Source of the DNA: Lama glama
Lineage: Eukaryota
DNA length: 64,000 nucleotides
Direction: 5' to 3'
NCBI GenBank assembly: GCA_028534125.1
Contig: CM052821.1
Span: forward strand, 2,232,001 to 2,296,000
Shown here: one piece after another, positions 1 through 11,243 of the stretch
Position numbering within the stretch: the first letter of the stretch is position 1
Layout of the letters: each line of letters starts with the position of its first letter
Notes under the pieces: model-generated
What the model was told of the DNA's origin: nothing
What the model saw: the letters and a program-made list of their open reading frames with translations, nothing else
Databases searched by the model: none
Position numbers and translations under genes: made by a program

Positions 1-1597
1 CCAGGCTTTGGTGCACAGCCATGTGCTTCTCCAGGAGATGCCAGTCCACAAAGCTGTTTGCACAGACGGAGCAGGAGAAGACCGAGATGCCGAGATGGGA
101 GAGTGTGTGCCACATGAGGCTGCAGAGGTTGAGGTGGCGCTGGTCACAGACACTGCAGGCCTGGCCCTTCAGGTTCAGGTGGTCAAGGATGTGGCCCCGG
201 ACCACGTGGAAATCTCTGGCCAATGCCTTCCCACAGGCAGCACATTTCAACTCTGCAGAGGCTGCTCCTGCAAACAGACCCAGCTTCCCAGGCAGAGGGT
301 CGCTGGGGTGGACGATGATGTTGTTCTCAAATATCCCGTCCCGTCGGTGGAGGGTCAGCTGCCACTGGGTAAAGAACTTAGTTTCACACATGTCGCAGGA
401 GAAGAGGAAAATACCGATGTGGGACAGAACATGGGTCACCCGGGAGTTCCGGTCCTGGAAGTGTGTCTCGCAGACCTTGCAGTTGCCAGTCAGCAGGTCC
501 ACGTGGTCCCGAGCATGCTGGCGGATGAGCTGAATGTTGGGCTCTAGAACTTTCTTGCACACTTGGCAGGGCATGGCCTTACTCTCTCGGTTGTCATTCT
601 CTCCGAAAGTCAGCTCGTCCTCACTGTCGTCACTCAATTCAATCACCTCCTCAGCTGTGCCTATCTCCTCAGTGGGGTCTTCAAACTGCAAGTCGTCGTC
701 CCCCAGGTCCTCCAGCTGGAGCTCATCCATCTGCCCAAAGCTGGGGTCTTTGGAGTGGTCGCTATTGCTCAGACAGGAGTTGGTCCCAGTGGTAATATCT
801 ATTGCATTGTCAGGGGTAAAGAAGCTGTTTTTACTGAAGTCTCCATTGCTCTGGACTTTGTATGGCTGGCAGGAGCTTGTGCTGGTTTGGATGCCCATGC
901 TGACAGTGCCCAGGACTGGCTGGGTCGCCATACTGGGGACAGACGTGAAAGGAGCAGGGGCATCGTGGTCTTCTGTCTTTGGCGGCAGTGGCTGCTGCGG
1001 CAGAGGCAGGCTATGGTTAGTGTCACTGGTAACGTTTCTCTCTTCCTCTTTATAGCTTCCTCCAGCATCACCAGGCAACACATAGTTTCTATCAGGACCA
1101 AAGTGCTCCCCACCACCCCGGAGTTCTCCAAGGGGATGGGTGGGTTCTGCTGAGCTACAACTCAGGTTACCAGAGTGGCTCTCACTGGTGCTGGTCAGCG
1201 GCTTGGCCACGGCAGTGGTCTCCAGGTCAGGAAAAGTGGAGTGACAGGCCCGGAGGAGATCCTCCATACCCAGACGCTCAGCGACCTCATAGATGACCCC
1301 AACGTTGATCAGGTCCGTGAAGAGCTCTGACGTGTAAACAAAGCTCAGAATCTTCTCAAAGTTGGCGGGGGTGATGAAGTCCACCACATAGGTCCTGGCA
1401 GCATCAAGCCCAGTGTTCAGGAAGAGGTTCTGGAAGTAGCCAGCCGCGCAGGCTAGCACGGCTTTGTGGGCCGGGAAGGAGCGGCTCCCCACCACGATGG
1501 TGACATCGCACATGGTCTCCGAGAGCCGGCACTTGTTGAGTTCCTTCAGCAGGTTGTTGGGGTGGTTGGTGCTTTGCAGTTTGATCCTCATGCCCAT
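1..1597 (-). CDS. ZBTB39: Zinc finger and BTB domain-containing protein 39, first 532 codons of the single coding exon; continues beyond the left edge
   Basis: ATG at 1597 (minus) reads MGMRIKLQSTNHPNNLLKELNKCRLSETMCDVTIVVGSRSFPAHKAVLACAAGYFQNLF (BTB domain). The same frame at the window edge reads NSFVDWHLLEKHMAVHQSL (C2H2 finger). Absent from the ORF track because its stop lies outside the window. Acceptor ccttttccttttgctgtccacag puts the exon boundary at 1641. Confidence 0.97.
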   Translation of the reverse strand, partial: MGMRIKLQSTNHPNNLLKELNKCRLSETMCDVTIVVGSRSFPAHKAVLACAAGYFQNLFLNTGLDAARTYVVDFITPANFEKILSFVYTSELFTDLINVGVIYEVAERLGMEDLLRACHSTFPDLETTAVAKPLTSTSESHSGNLSCSSAEPTHPLGELRGGGEHFGPDRNYVLPGDAGGSYKEEERNVTSDTNHSLPLPQQPLPPKTEDHDAPAPFTSVPSMATQPVLGTVSMGIQTSTSSCQPYKVQSNGDFSKNSFFTPDNAIDITTGTNSCLSNSDHSKDPSFGQMDELQLEDLGDDDLQFEDPTEEIGTAEEVIELSDDSEDELTFGENDNRESKAMPCQVCKKVLEPNIQLIRQHARDHVDLLTGNCKVCETHFQDRNSRVTHVLSHIGIFLFSCDMCETKFFTQWQLTLHRRDGIFENNIIVHPSDPLPGKLGLFAGAASAELKCAACGKALARDFHVVRGHILDHLNLKGQACSVCDQRHLNLCSLMWHTLSHLGISVFSCSVCANSFVDWHLLEKHMAVHQSL

Positions 1598-2739
1598 CTT
1601 AGCAGCTCCTATGATGTTGCCTCCTTATCAGCACGGTTAATCTGTGGACAGCAAAAGGAAAAGGTGGATGGCCAAACACATCCCCGCAGGTGAGGAGATC
1701 CACAGGAGGAAATGCCACCAGTCTGCGTGTTTCCAAGCTCTGCGTGGGGAGCAGCAGTGAATGCACAAACACCTGCTCCATTCTGCTGGGGGGAAGGACA
1801 GCAAAAGTGACGGGACAGTGACCTCGCTCCCTGCACATGCCCAGAGTAGTCACGACAAAATCCAAAAGTATTGGGGAAAAAACTGTCAGCTTGGTCTTTA
1901 AGAGTCAGTAAGAGAGTCTGTAGGCCTGGTTAGACAGAAGCTAGTGTCTTAAAGCCAAGCCAGAAGCATCCTCTCAGACAAAATCTTACACTTCTTTACC
2001 AGAGCAACTGGCTCAAATTTTTCTCAATAATTTCCTAATTTCCTCCTGAATACACGCTTTCCTATCTCATTGCGTATATTCTCTTCCCTTATGATGCCAA
2101 ATGCCACACACACACTAGAACACAATTATCAAAGCGCCACTGGCTGCTGGGGAAAGGGAAAGGGTGCTCTGTCCTTTAGTTTCCTACCATTTGCTATGTT
2201 CTTTCAGTCCCTCAATAAATCTCTCACTCATTCTTGAGTCCCCATCTCACTCTACCCATGCTACCTGCCTGCCCTCTTGTCTCCCCATAGCCCAGAGCTA
2301 TTTAGAGACTGCTCTATCACATTCTCTGTGTGCTGTGAATGAAGTAAAAACACTCAGAACCCAAAGAAGTAAAGCAAAGCAGAACACAACTGTGGTATTT
2401 AATATGACAAATACGCTTCCATTCTTTTTCCCACCCTTTTCAGGAATTATGCTTATTTGACCAGAACTAAGAGATTTACTTGATCTTGATTACACAGGTA
2501 ACTCCTACAGGCTTGCTCAGTTCCACTTTTTCCCCCTTTTCGAGTCCTGCACGACGAAGGGGACAAGCTAGCTGGCTTCTCTTTCAGTCTCACGACTCGC
2601 CCTGTGCAACACAGCCCCTTTCTGCACCTCATCACGTTCGATTAACTCCCAACTTTTTCTGGGGCCCAGGAAGCTTCTGGGCATTGTTGGGTAGCAGCCA
2701 AGCATCTCCCGGGCCCTGGTGGTCACACATCAACGGTCA

Positions 2740-3620
2740 GCAGGTCGGGGCGCCGGGAAGCCTGAGCGGGGAGCGGTAGGGGACGGATTCGGAACTTCCG
2801 AGAAGGCACCCCAACAACCCCGTGGCGCCGCAGTCTCCCCTCTGGAGGGTCGAATCCGGGAGGAAGGGAGTTCAGTAGGGCTGGGGCACTCCATCTGGGG
2901 AGCACCAAGTACCTCGGTGCCTCCCAAACAGCGGGGCGACCTCGGGCGGCGGGTGGGGGGCGACGCGGCGGGGCGCGGGGTCGGGCGGGGGGCGAAGGGA
3001 TCGGCGGCGGGGCCGGCCGGGGGCGGCGCGCGGCGGGAGAGGACGGGTCCGGGCGAGGGGAGCGGGCAGGGGGGAGCCCAGCGGGGGCGAGAGGAAGGCC
3101 GGGACGGGGGTCCGGCCTCGGCCAGGGCAGCTGACCCTCCACCCGGCCGCGCTTACCCGGCTCCGCGGGGCCCGAGCACCATCGCCGCCGCCGCCTCACA
3201 CAAAGGCCCCGGCCCGCCGTGCCCGGCCCGACGAGGAGGCGGCGCCGCCGGCCGCGGCCAGACTCTCCATCCGCCGCGCCGCTCGCCGCGCCGGCCCGGG
3301 CCGCTCCCGCCGCCCGGCCCGCAGCGCCCCCCGCCGTCCCGGAGGAGGCAGCGCCCCCCGCCGCTCGGCCGCAGCGCCCCCAGCCGCCGGGGAGGAGGCA
3401 GCGCCCCCCACCCCACCCCCCAACAACGGCGGGGCCGGGCGCGAGGCCGGAGGGCAGAGGCCACCAAGCCTCGGGCCGCCCCCCAGCCGCCCGGGGCCCC
3501 GCGCGACCCGGGGTCCCGGGCCGGCCCTCGGGAGCAGTTGCGGGAATGTTTCCGACCCCATCCCCAAGGCCTGGCTTTTCTGAAGCGGCGATCCACCCGG
3601 CGGAGGACCACTTCCTCCTC
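2740..3620. promoter_or_regulatory. CpG island / ZBTB39 promoter
   Basis: Extremely GC- and CpG-rich with multiple GC boxes and G-runs; surrounds ZBTB39 exon 1. Confidence 0.9.
3157..3300 (-). other. ZBTB39: ZBTB39 first (5'UTR) exon; upstream limit approximate
   Basis: Strong donor CGG|GTAAGC at 3157/3156 inside a CpG island, pairing with the acceptor at 1641. The TSS cannot be fixed from sequence. Confidence 0.75.
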
Positions 3621-4070
3621 GCCCTGGTACCTGGAGAAGTGAAAACCCCATCCCAACTCTAAGCTTAAATCTCCTCCTCTGTTCTACGTCTCATATTCCC
3701 AGAAGTTTACTCTCAAAACATCTGCTGTTACAGTTTTACAAAAAGTTGTAAGATTATTGACTAATTTATAGCTCCGCCACTAGGCAGAGAGCTTCCTGAA
3801 GGCAGGGGTCTGTGGTTCTGCACATTACTGCATCCCCGCACTTACCACACATTTCTGGTCCATATGATAGGTACTTAATAAAGCCCGTTTGAATGAATGA
3901 ACAACTGAATGAATAAATACTTGAGAGCTGGGCCCATGGTGGACCACTCTGAAAGTTCACTGTGGCCTCCCCTTCCAGCGAGGTGGCCAAATGAAGGAAT
4001 TCACAGTATCCCGCTGTGTGCCACCGCACCTTGGCTGCCCAGGCCTGCTTCCAGCAGCTGGTCCCCCCCT

Positions 4071-4417
4071 TGGAGGGGAGCAGAACTTGACATCCCCAAA
4101 TGTGCCTCTTTGACATAAGGATTCTTTTCAAGAAGCAGCAGACAGCAGAGAAGCTCTGAAAACTGAGAAATTATCCTTTTGTTAGAGATATTTACATTTG
4201 TAAGCGAAATCTCCATTTGTAAGAGTGTCTCCCTCTCTGTACCAGAAAGATAACTAAATGTGTAGGAACTCTTAGTTTTCCTGGGTACCTCCCATGTAGA
4301 CAGGAAGTATACATGTGATTAAACCTCCGTTTCTTTTTTTCCTGTCAATCTGTCTTTTATTATTTATTCAGCCCAGAACCTAGAAGGGTAGAGGGAAAAT
4401 TATTTTTCCTCCTCTGC
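4071..4417 (+). mobile_element. Solo LTR, ERV1/MER4-group-like
   Basis: Recalled motifs ccccaaatgtgcctctttgacataaggatt ... aatctgtctttt ... agaacctagaagggtagagggaaaattatttttcctcc. Family from memory; ends approximate. Confidence 0.65.
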
Positions 4418-5194
4418 TTCCCTCTTTCAAGAGCCCCACTGCCCTGCTTCCACCTGCCCTTCTCCTTTAGTGCACCAGTTACCCTCCAAATCTCCCAAAC
4501 GCTCCTGCCCAAGAATTGTCATCAAACCAAGACCACCTGCCCTGCCTGCCACACCACCACCACCTAAGACATTGGAAATCCACACATTTCTGGTCCATAT
4601 GAAGTCCTTGTCATCCCAGCTCTCTCTCCTCCAACACGTAGGAACATCTCAGGCTCTAGGACCCTTCTGTGTCTGCATCTCCTATCTCATCCTGTCCATT
4701 GCCAGATGTTAGAAGGCAGCCAGGCAACAACTCCAACAATTTTTGCAACTTTCTGGCTCCCAAGATTCCCATTAACAATAGCAGCCTTTGTCTACATAAA
4801 TGAGACAAACAAACATGTGCAGCTTAACACACGAGCAGTAACCAAGATGTATTACTGCAGCTTGGCCAAAAGAAGTCACTGTGTGTACCACCAACAATTC
4901 CCATGGAACTTGGGACTGGAAAAAGGACTGAACCAACAGACCTAAAATAATGGTATCCGAGGACTGGTTCCAAAAAAATGAAGAACCGCAGCTGCCACCA
5001 GCAGTTCCCGGTGTGGAATCTGAGGACAGACCTGAGTGCTGGGGTTTTCTACTCAAATGGGGGAATTATGGTCTGGACCACGGGCTGGGGGCTTGGGTTC
5101 TAGATGGAATTGTCTACTAGCTCAAGCTGACTGCCCCAAACTGGAAAGCCACTTAGATCAGGAGATGACATAAAGACAGTGGAGCTCAAAACCA

Positions 5195-5240
5195 AGACGA
5201 TGTAATAGCCTAAAATGAAAAAGAATATGAAAAGATAGAT

Positions 5241-5280
<40 letters not shown>

Positions 5281-5345
5281 ACTGAATCACTGTGCTGTGC
5301 ACCAGAAACTAACACATTGTAAGCCAAGCATATTTCAATAAAATA
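5195..5345 (+). mobile_element. L1 3' end (artiodactyl type) with embedded (TG)15 at 5247-5276
   Basis: gaaaaagaatat ... tataactgaatcactgtgctgtgcaccagaaactaacacattgtaa ... aataaaa is a typical laurasiatherian L1 3' terminus. Confidence 0.7.
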
Positions 5346-5501
5346 TACACATATATATGTAAACTGAGAATTTATTCATGGCCCTCAGAAACAGCAAGAA
5401 AGACAGAGAACCCAAAAGGGTTTGCAGGGACCATAACTATGTTACTCACTGTCCCTGAAGCCATCAGAAGTCTCCTTCAGTCCTACTGCTGATGCCAACT
5501 C

Positions 5502-6202
5502 TGTTTAAAAAAAAAAAAAATCCAACCGAGTAAATTTGAAGATCTAATTGACTTTACTCAACAATTCAGTAACAGGAGTGTCCCATCTAGCAAGTAGAAA
5601 GGAGCTCTGAAGAGCTCTACAAAATAGAAGTGTTTTATACGGAAAAGGGGGCAGGAAAAGGAAGTTTCTAGCGAAGAGCTGTTAAAAAAGAAACAGGCCC
5701 AAAATAGAGTCACTTATGCTAAGGTCCATGTCGTCAAACCAAGACTTGATTGCAGTTTCAGCCTCTCTGAAGAATGTGAGTTTTAACCAGTCAATATGGA
5801 ATTACCTAGCCACCTCATAGACAGCTGCCTCCCCGCAAAGGAAATAACCCGTCCTCCTGTCCGTGACTTCCTTGCCCCACTCCCTTTCTGCTCTTAAAAA
5901 ACCTTTCCTTTTCTGCAGCTGTTTGGAACTCCTTTCTATTTGCTAGGTGGAATGCTGCCTGATTCATGGGTCATTGAATAAAGCCAATGAGAACTTCAAA
6001 TTTACTCAGCTGAATTTTGTTTTTCAACAGAGTGGATTACTTCAGGCAAGATCGCCTTCCTTGTGGTAATTCCGTATTGCCTGGTTAAAGGTCACGTTCC
6101 TAGGAGAGGCTGAAACTGCCATTAGGTCAGGCATTAAATCTTGGTTGCTAACATGGGGCTTAGCACAAGTGACTCCATTACGGGCCCATTTCTTTTTTAA
6201 CA
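5502..6202 (-). mobile_element. Solo LTR (ERV1-like), interrupted by a second LTR at 5680-6029
   Basis: TG...CA termini. Reverse complement begins tgttaaaaaagaaatgggccc and ends ...gatcttcaaatttactcggttggattt...aaaca, homologous to the inner LTR. Confidence 0.7.
5680..6029 (+). mobile_element. Solo LTR (ERV1-like) nested in the LTR above
   Basis: Starts TGTTAAAA, ends TTTTCAACA, contains AATAAA. Flanked by GAGC / GAGT, a 4-bp target-site duplication with one change. Confidence 0.75.
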
Positions 6203-6392
6203 CAGCCAATAGACTCCAAACCTCCGGCATGGCTCTGAGACATCAGGCTGCAAGACTTGGCAGGCGTCTTGGGCCTGTTGAATCTTTCTAACCAACTGCT
6301 TTAACCGTCTCTGGAATGTTGATCCCAGTAAATGTACTTCACATGCTAACACCCCTCTGAAGGTGGAGATTAAAGTGTGTAATGTTGATACT

Positions 6393-7168
6393 TGTGATAT
6401 TGTGATTTATAATAAGAAATATATATTTGGTCTTTATCCCTGTTTCTAGCACAGACCTCCTAAAACATTTGGAATTCCCTAAGTAGTGAGAGCCATAGAG
6501 ACGTCTGTTGTTATGTTGATGAATGCCTTGTGGACGCACCTAAAGGTGGGCGGCTGGCTGCTAGGAGGACTTTTGATTAGAGGGTTGAAACATTCAGTCT
6601 CAAACCCCTGCCCTCCAGAGAGGGAAGAGGGGGCTAGAGGTTGAATCAATTACCAATGGTCGATGATTTAATCAATCATACCTATGTAATGAAGCTTCCA
6701 TAAAAACCTAAAAGAAGTGGGTTTGGAGAGCTTGCAGATTGGTGAAACCATAGAGATTCAGTGAGAGGCGAGTGGCGTGCTCAGAGAGGGCATGGACGCG
6801 CCGCGACTCTCGCATCCGTTTCCCCATGCAGCTCTTCCATCTGGCCTTCCTGTTACATTATATTGTAATAAACTGGTGATCTAGTGAGTGAATGAGTTTT
6901 CTGAGTCCCATGAACAATAGCAGATTAATGGAACTCAAGGATAGGGCTTTGGGAACCTCTAATTTGTAGTTGTGGATCAGAAGAACAGTTAATAACCTGG
7001 GCTTAAGATAGGCATCTGAAGGGGTTGGGGTCGGGGGTGGTTCTTGTAGGACTGAGCTCTGTGAAATCTGATACTATCTCTGGGTAGATAATATGTAGAT
7101 AATATTGGAGCATTGCTTGGTGGTGTGGGAAACCCTCCCCCTCCACACATACTGAATTGGGTCTAGAA
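6393..7168 (+). mobile_element. MER21-like LTR
   Basis: Begins tgtgatattgtgatttataataagaaatatatatttggtcttt, with internal ccaatggtcgatgatttaatcaatcatacctatgtaatgaagcttccataaaaa; recalled as MER21 family. Confidence 0.7.
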
Positions 7169-7266
7169 TCTTTAATACTGAAGTCTTTAAGTCTATCACC
7201 ATGCCATCACAATGACACACAGACACAAAGCTAAGTCGAGGAGGGCCAGGAATTTAGCCAGGGTCT

Positions 7267-7414
7267 GTTTTTTCCCTACTTATTTCTTTGGGGGAAGGTA
7301 ATTAGGTTTATTGATTTTTTTAAATTGCTTTTTTAATGGAGGTACTGGGGATTGAACCCAGGACCTCGTGCATGCTAAGCATGCACTCTGCCACTGAGCT
7401 ATACCCTCCCCTCC
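7267..7414 (-). mobile_element. tRNA-derived SINE (camelid Vic-1-like)
   Basis: Reverse complement ggggagggtatagctcagtggcagagtgcatgcttagcatgcacgaggtcctgggttcaatccccagtacctcc carries A and B boxes, then an A-rich tail. Approximate TSD agccagggtct (7256) / agccaaggtct (7415). Confidence 0.85.
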
Positions 7415-8884
7415 AGCCAAGGTCTTTTTGAAAGTCCCCTTAGGCATCAACCTCTTTACAGCAGGAAGAGGAAGGCTGGGATTCCTTCACTCATCCTCCA
7501 GGCACAAAAGTTGGAATCTGATTTTAAGTTTGTCTTCATTTTTCCTGGAATCCCCAGTACTGCAATTTTCATCAGTCCCACCAGAGAGCAACCTTTCTGC
7601 ATAAATGCTCCTACTTGCCAAAGCACTTGTGTCATCTCAGCGCACGTGTACTCCCTCCCAAGTCTGAGCAGAACCACAGCATGAAGCCTTCATGTCTCGA
7701 ACACGTTCCCCAGACTCTGCAAACTTACCCCACTCTTAAGCCCTCCAGATAGATGGTTTTGAAAAGTCAACAAGATGACTCACTGGAAGAAGGCTTGAGA
7801 ATTCAAGGAGAGAGCATTCTTTGACCTCTAGCAGTAAACCTGACACCAGGCATTGGAGGTGAGCCCTTCCTCCTCCCCTCCCCCAACCCTACAGCTGTGG
7901 GTCCAAAGTTGCCCCAGTCAGGTTCTGGAAAGAGAGGACTTTCACTGGGGTGAAGGACCTGCAGGAAGTGGCGTCTGGCTCCATAGCCCTGTCTTTACAC
8001 AGCCTTGGGAGGCTGTGTCAACTTTGTTACCAGGGCGGTTCAGGGGCATGGCCTTGGGAGCCTGAGGATTTCCCAGGCTGTTCCATTAGGGTACAGAAAC
8101 CCCCTTGGGATCAATGGGCTGTTGGCACATCAGATTAATAAAAGACACCCCCACACACTCATTTAACTGCTGTACATACACTAGACCAGCATTACAGGGG
8201 CTGGCAACAGTTGCACTATGGAAGAGTCGAAATGAATGCTTCCCCTTTATAATAACAAAGGTGGCCAGTTAACACTGAGGATATCTGCTCTCCTCTGTCT
8301 TGGCCACTGCAGTAACTTTCCTGTCCGTGCCTCCTCCTAGCAGGACCGAGTGTTGTTTGCTTGTCCACAACCCTGCTAGGCTGTAAACTCTGTGTATGGA
8401 TCACAGCCTCATCCCCACAACCTGCTGCAGGACCCGTGCTCGACACTTGGGGGCAGAAAAATGGTTCAGTGCTTTAGATGCATCCTCTTCTGAGGCTGGG
8501 TCGTCGCACAGCCTTGATCACCACCTCCTGTCTCTAAATAGAGTCAGATTCAGGGATGGATGTCTCCCAGGCTGGAAATACAGACAAGCCATTCAGAATA
8601 TCTGGGGTTTTTTTTTCTATATCTGAAGGTGGTCTGTGAAAGCCTCTGAGGAACAATCTTCCAAATTCATTTCTTCTTTCAATCACTGAATAAATCTTAT
8701 GATATTAATTGTATGAAGCAATGAGTAAGGCACTGTTGGGAAAATCAGTATGTGTACAAAATAAAGATACTTCCACTTATATATGATACATGTGTGTATC
8801 ATATATATGCATGTGTGTGATGTAGCTGGAAGAGTCAAGGAAGAGAAAAACTCACCCACCAACCAAATAGTCACTCTAGGTCAT

Positions 8885-9157
8885 CGTACGTAAAAATCCT
8901 TTATTGTGGAGGAGTAGAGAGAGATGTCATATTTTTAGGACACTACAGAAACTTCAGAGGATCTATAGCCAACGCCTGCAGGAACTGGGGATGCTCACTA
9001 GACAGTTTCTACAGCCGATGGGGTAGGGGGACGGGGAAGGAGTCGAAGCACTAGAGTGTTGCAAGGATGGGGAAGAGAAGGGAGCACATGCACCTGGGGA
9101 TGAGGACAGGGCGACAGGTGTCTTCACGATGCAGCCCAGGGGTCCAGAAGTGGAGTG
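8885..9157 (-). other. TAC3: TAC3 last exon (3'UTR only)
   Basis: Acceptor ctcag|cactccacttctgg at 9157; AATAAA at 8900-8905 (minus); resembles the mammalian TAC3 3'UTR as recalled. Confidence 0.8.
8900..8905 (-). terminator. TAC3 polyadenylation signal
   Basis: AATAAA on the minus strand at the end of the last exon. Confidence 0.75.
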
Positions 9158-10499
9158 CTGAGGACCCAGAAAATGAAATCACATCTCTGTCCTGTAAAAT
9201 TCCCACCAACCACCCACTGGGGAAGCAGGGACAGCGGGAGGGGCATCTGTGAAGAAGAAGTAGAGAGAATGGAAGTCTTAGCCCTCAGCTATCTCTGCAG
9301 CCTTCGGACTAGAAGACTGAACTCTCCTCGCCGCAGGTGCTTGCCCCTTCCCAGCTGCCGTGTTTATCGTGACCCTTACAAACACCGTGGGCATGGCCTG
9401 TGGGGCCCAGGCAGAAAGTTGCAGTGGCAAAGTTCCTATATTCCTGGCGTCCCTGTGAGCCAAGCATACACACAGCCCCGTCCAATGCTCCCAGGTGTCA
9501 GTGGTCCCCCAGCCTCACCTAGTCCCTCTTCCTCTTTCCAGAAACCTCCCAGAGGAAGGACAGGCAGGGATCACTTCCTTTTTCAGGAGTTTCACATGAA
9601 TGAAATAAGATGGCACAATGGTCTTTGTTGATCTAGTTCATCTAATCTTACTTAAGTGCCAGCCCCAGGGACCTTGTGTCTGTTTTTCCAGGCACCAAAT
9701 GGGTTGAGAATGCTCTGTTAGTGGTGAGATTATGAAGGCTGCAATTATGGGCCTGGTCCCTCTGAAAGAGCCTAGATCCACCAGAAAGCATTAAAAGTAG
9801 ATTTCCGCAATGCTCTTGTTTCTGCCATTTGTATAAAATACTATGGCAAAATTGCACTGTAATTATCTTTATGGCTGATGCATAACGTTGGGGAGAGCAT
9901 GTCATCCAGATATGGCTGCCTATATAATTATCTGGCCATCGGCAGGACTGAAATAACAATCTAATGAGAGCAAAATGATACAGTAAGTACCGTGTAATCA
10001 GCGAGTTACGGTTATTACGGCTCTTTGTGCCCTCTCACCCAGCGCTGAATGGGGGGCCAGACCTAGTCTCTGGGCCCCCGGATCAGGCACAGGCAGTTTC
10101 ATCGAGAGCCAGCTCCCGGTCCTTGAATCTCCTTTGAGACCAATGAGCGTGGTGAGCGTGAGTAACAGGGTCTCAGGGAGGGAGCAGGAGACTCTGGGAT
10201 GACTGAGGCTTCCTGATCCCTCTCCTTTTCTCCCCCAACACCTTCTTTCTTTGGAAGCTGGTGCAAAGAAAGCCACCAGTTGAACTGCTATTGCTGTGTG
10301 TGGGAAGATGGTGTCGAGGCGGAAATTTCCATGTTTTGACAAGACACTTCCCTGGGGACTCTCACATTGGCATACCGAGTAAGAGAGCTGTCAGCCCATT
10401 CCGGCCCAGGGTCCAGCCCAGGGAGCTCCAGGCAGACAGACCAGAGCCCCCAGGGTCAGCCCCCGGCCGTTCCCCACACCCCCAGCGCTGCGTGCTGGG

Positions 10500-10680
10500 C
10501 ACTATTCAGAACACTTTACCTACGCTCAAAACCACAACCCCGCAAGATAACCATATCACCCCCATTTTTCAGATAAGGAAATTGAGGCACAGAAAAGTTA
10601 TGTCACCTGGCTAAGGGGACTCAGCTAGTGAGTGGCAGATCCAGGATTTGAACAGAGGCCATGCTGTCACCCATTATGCT
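10500..10680 (-). mobile_element. MIR
   Basis: cccatttttcagataaggaaattgaggcacagaaaagtt ... ccaggatttgaac MIR core. Similar fragments near 16.9-17.05, 25.6-25.75, 32.0-32.15, 39.2, 40.2-40.4 and 55.3-55.45 kb. Confidence 0.75.
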
Positions 10681-11243
10681 GCACAGAGCAATTAAGATAT
10701 GGTTTCCAGCTATGCCCCCTTAGATTTCAGAGTTCCTTGCATTTCTTCCTAAATCACCCTTGCAAAGAACTACACACTAGACCCAGTAACCTGAGATTCT
10801 GAGTGATCTGAACGTTTTCAGCCTGCCTGGGAAGCAAAATGCTTCACATGTGGATGAGACACGGTATCTGTAATTATCAGATGATGATCTCTCCCTCTTT
10901 TGCACAGATCACAAGAGTATGGAGTTCAAACAACAAAAGGTGCCCAGCAGAGAAGCCCAGGGGAAACCCCTCCCTTCCCATTTCCCAACACTCCCTCCTT
11001 CTGCTCAAGAGTAAGCCGGAGTCCATGAGACAGGGGAGAGGGATGAGGAAGAGATGTGTGTGCGTGCGTGCGCGCTCTCAGACAAGCATGCGCCTCTAAG
11101 TGTCGGGCACTGGTAGTGTATTTAGGGCATTAATTATGAGCATTAATGCCTACAGCATCAGAGGAAATGCTCCTCTGGCAATCTCCCCCCACCATCCCCC
11201 CCAACACCGTCCCCTCTCTTCTCCCTGACCAACAGTTCGTACC

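Noticed and set aside
8-1153. Long + strand ORFs (179, 170, 173, 196 aa)
   Set aside because: Antisense shadows of the ZBTB39 coding exon.
2719-3662. Several 150-300 aa Gly/Pro/Arg-rich ORFs
   Set aside because: Stop-codon depletion in a very GC-rich CpG island; no recognisable protein.
7335-7414. tRNA-like sequence
   Set aside because: SINE head with an A-rich tail and TSD, not a tRNA gene.
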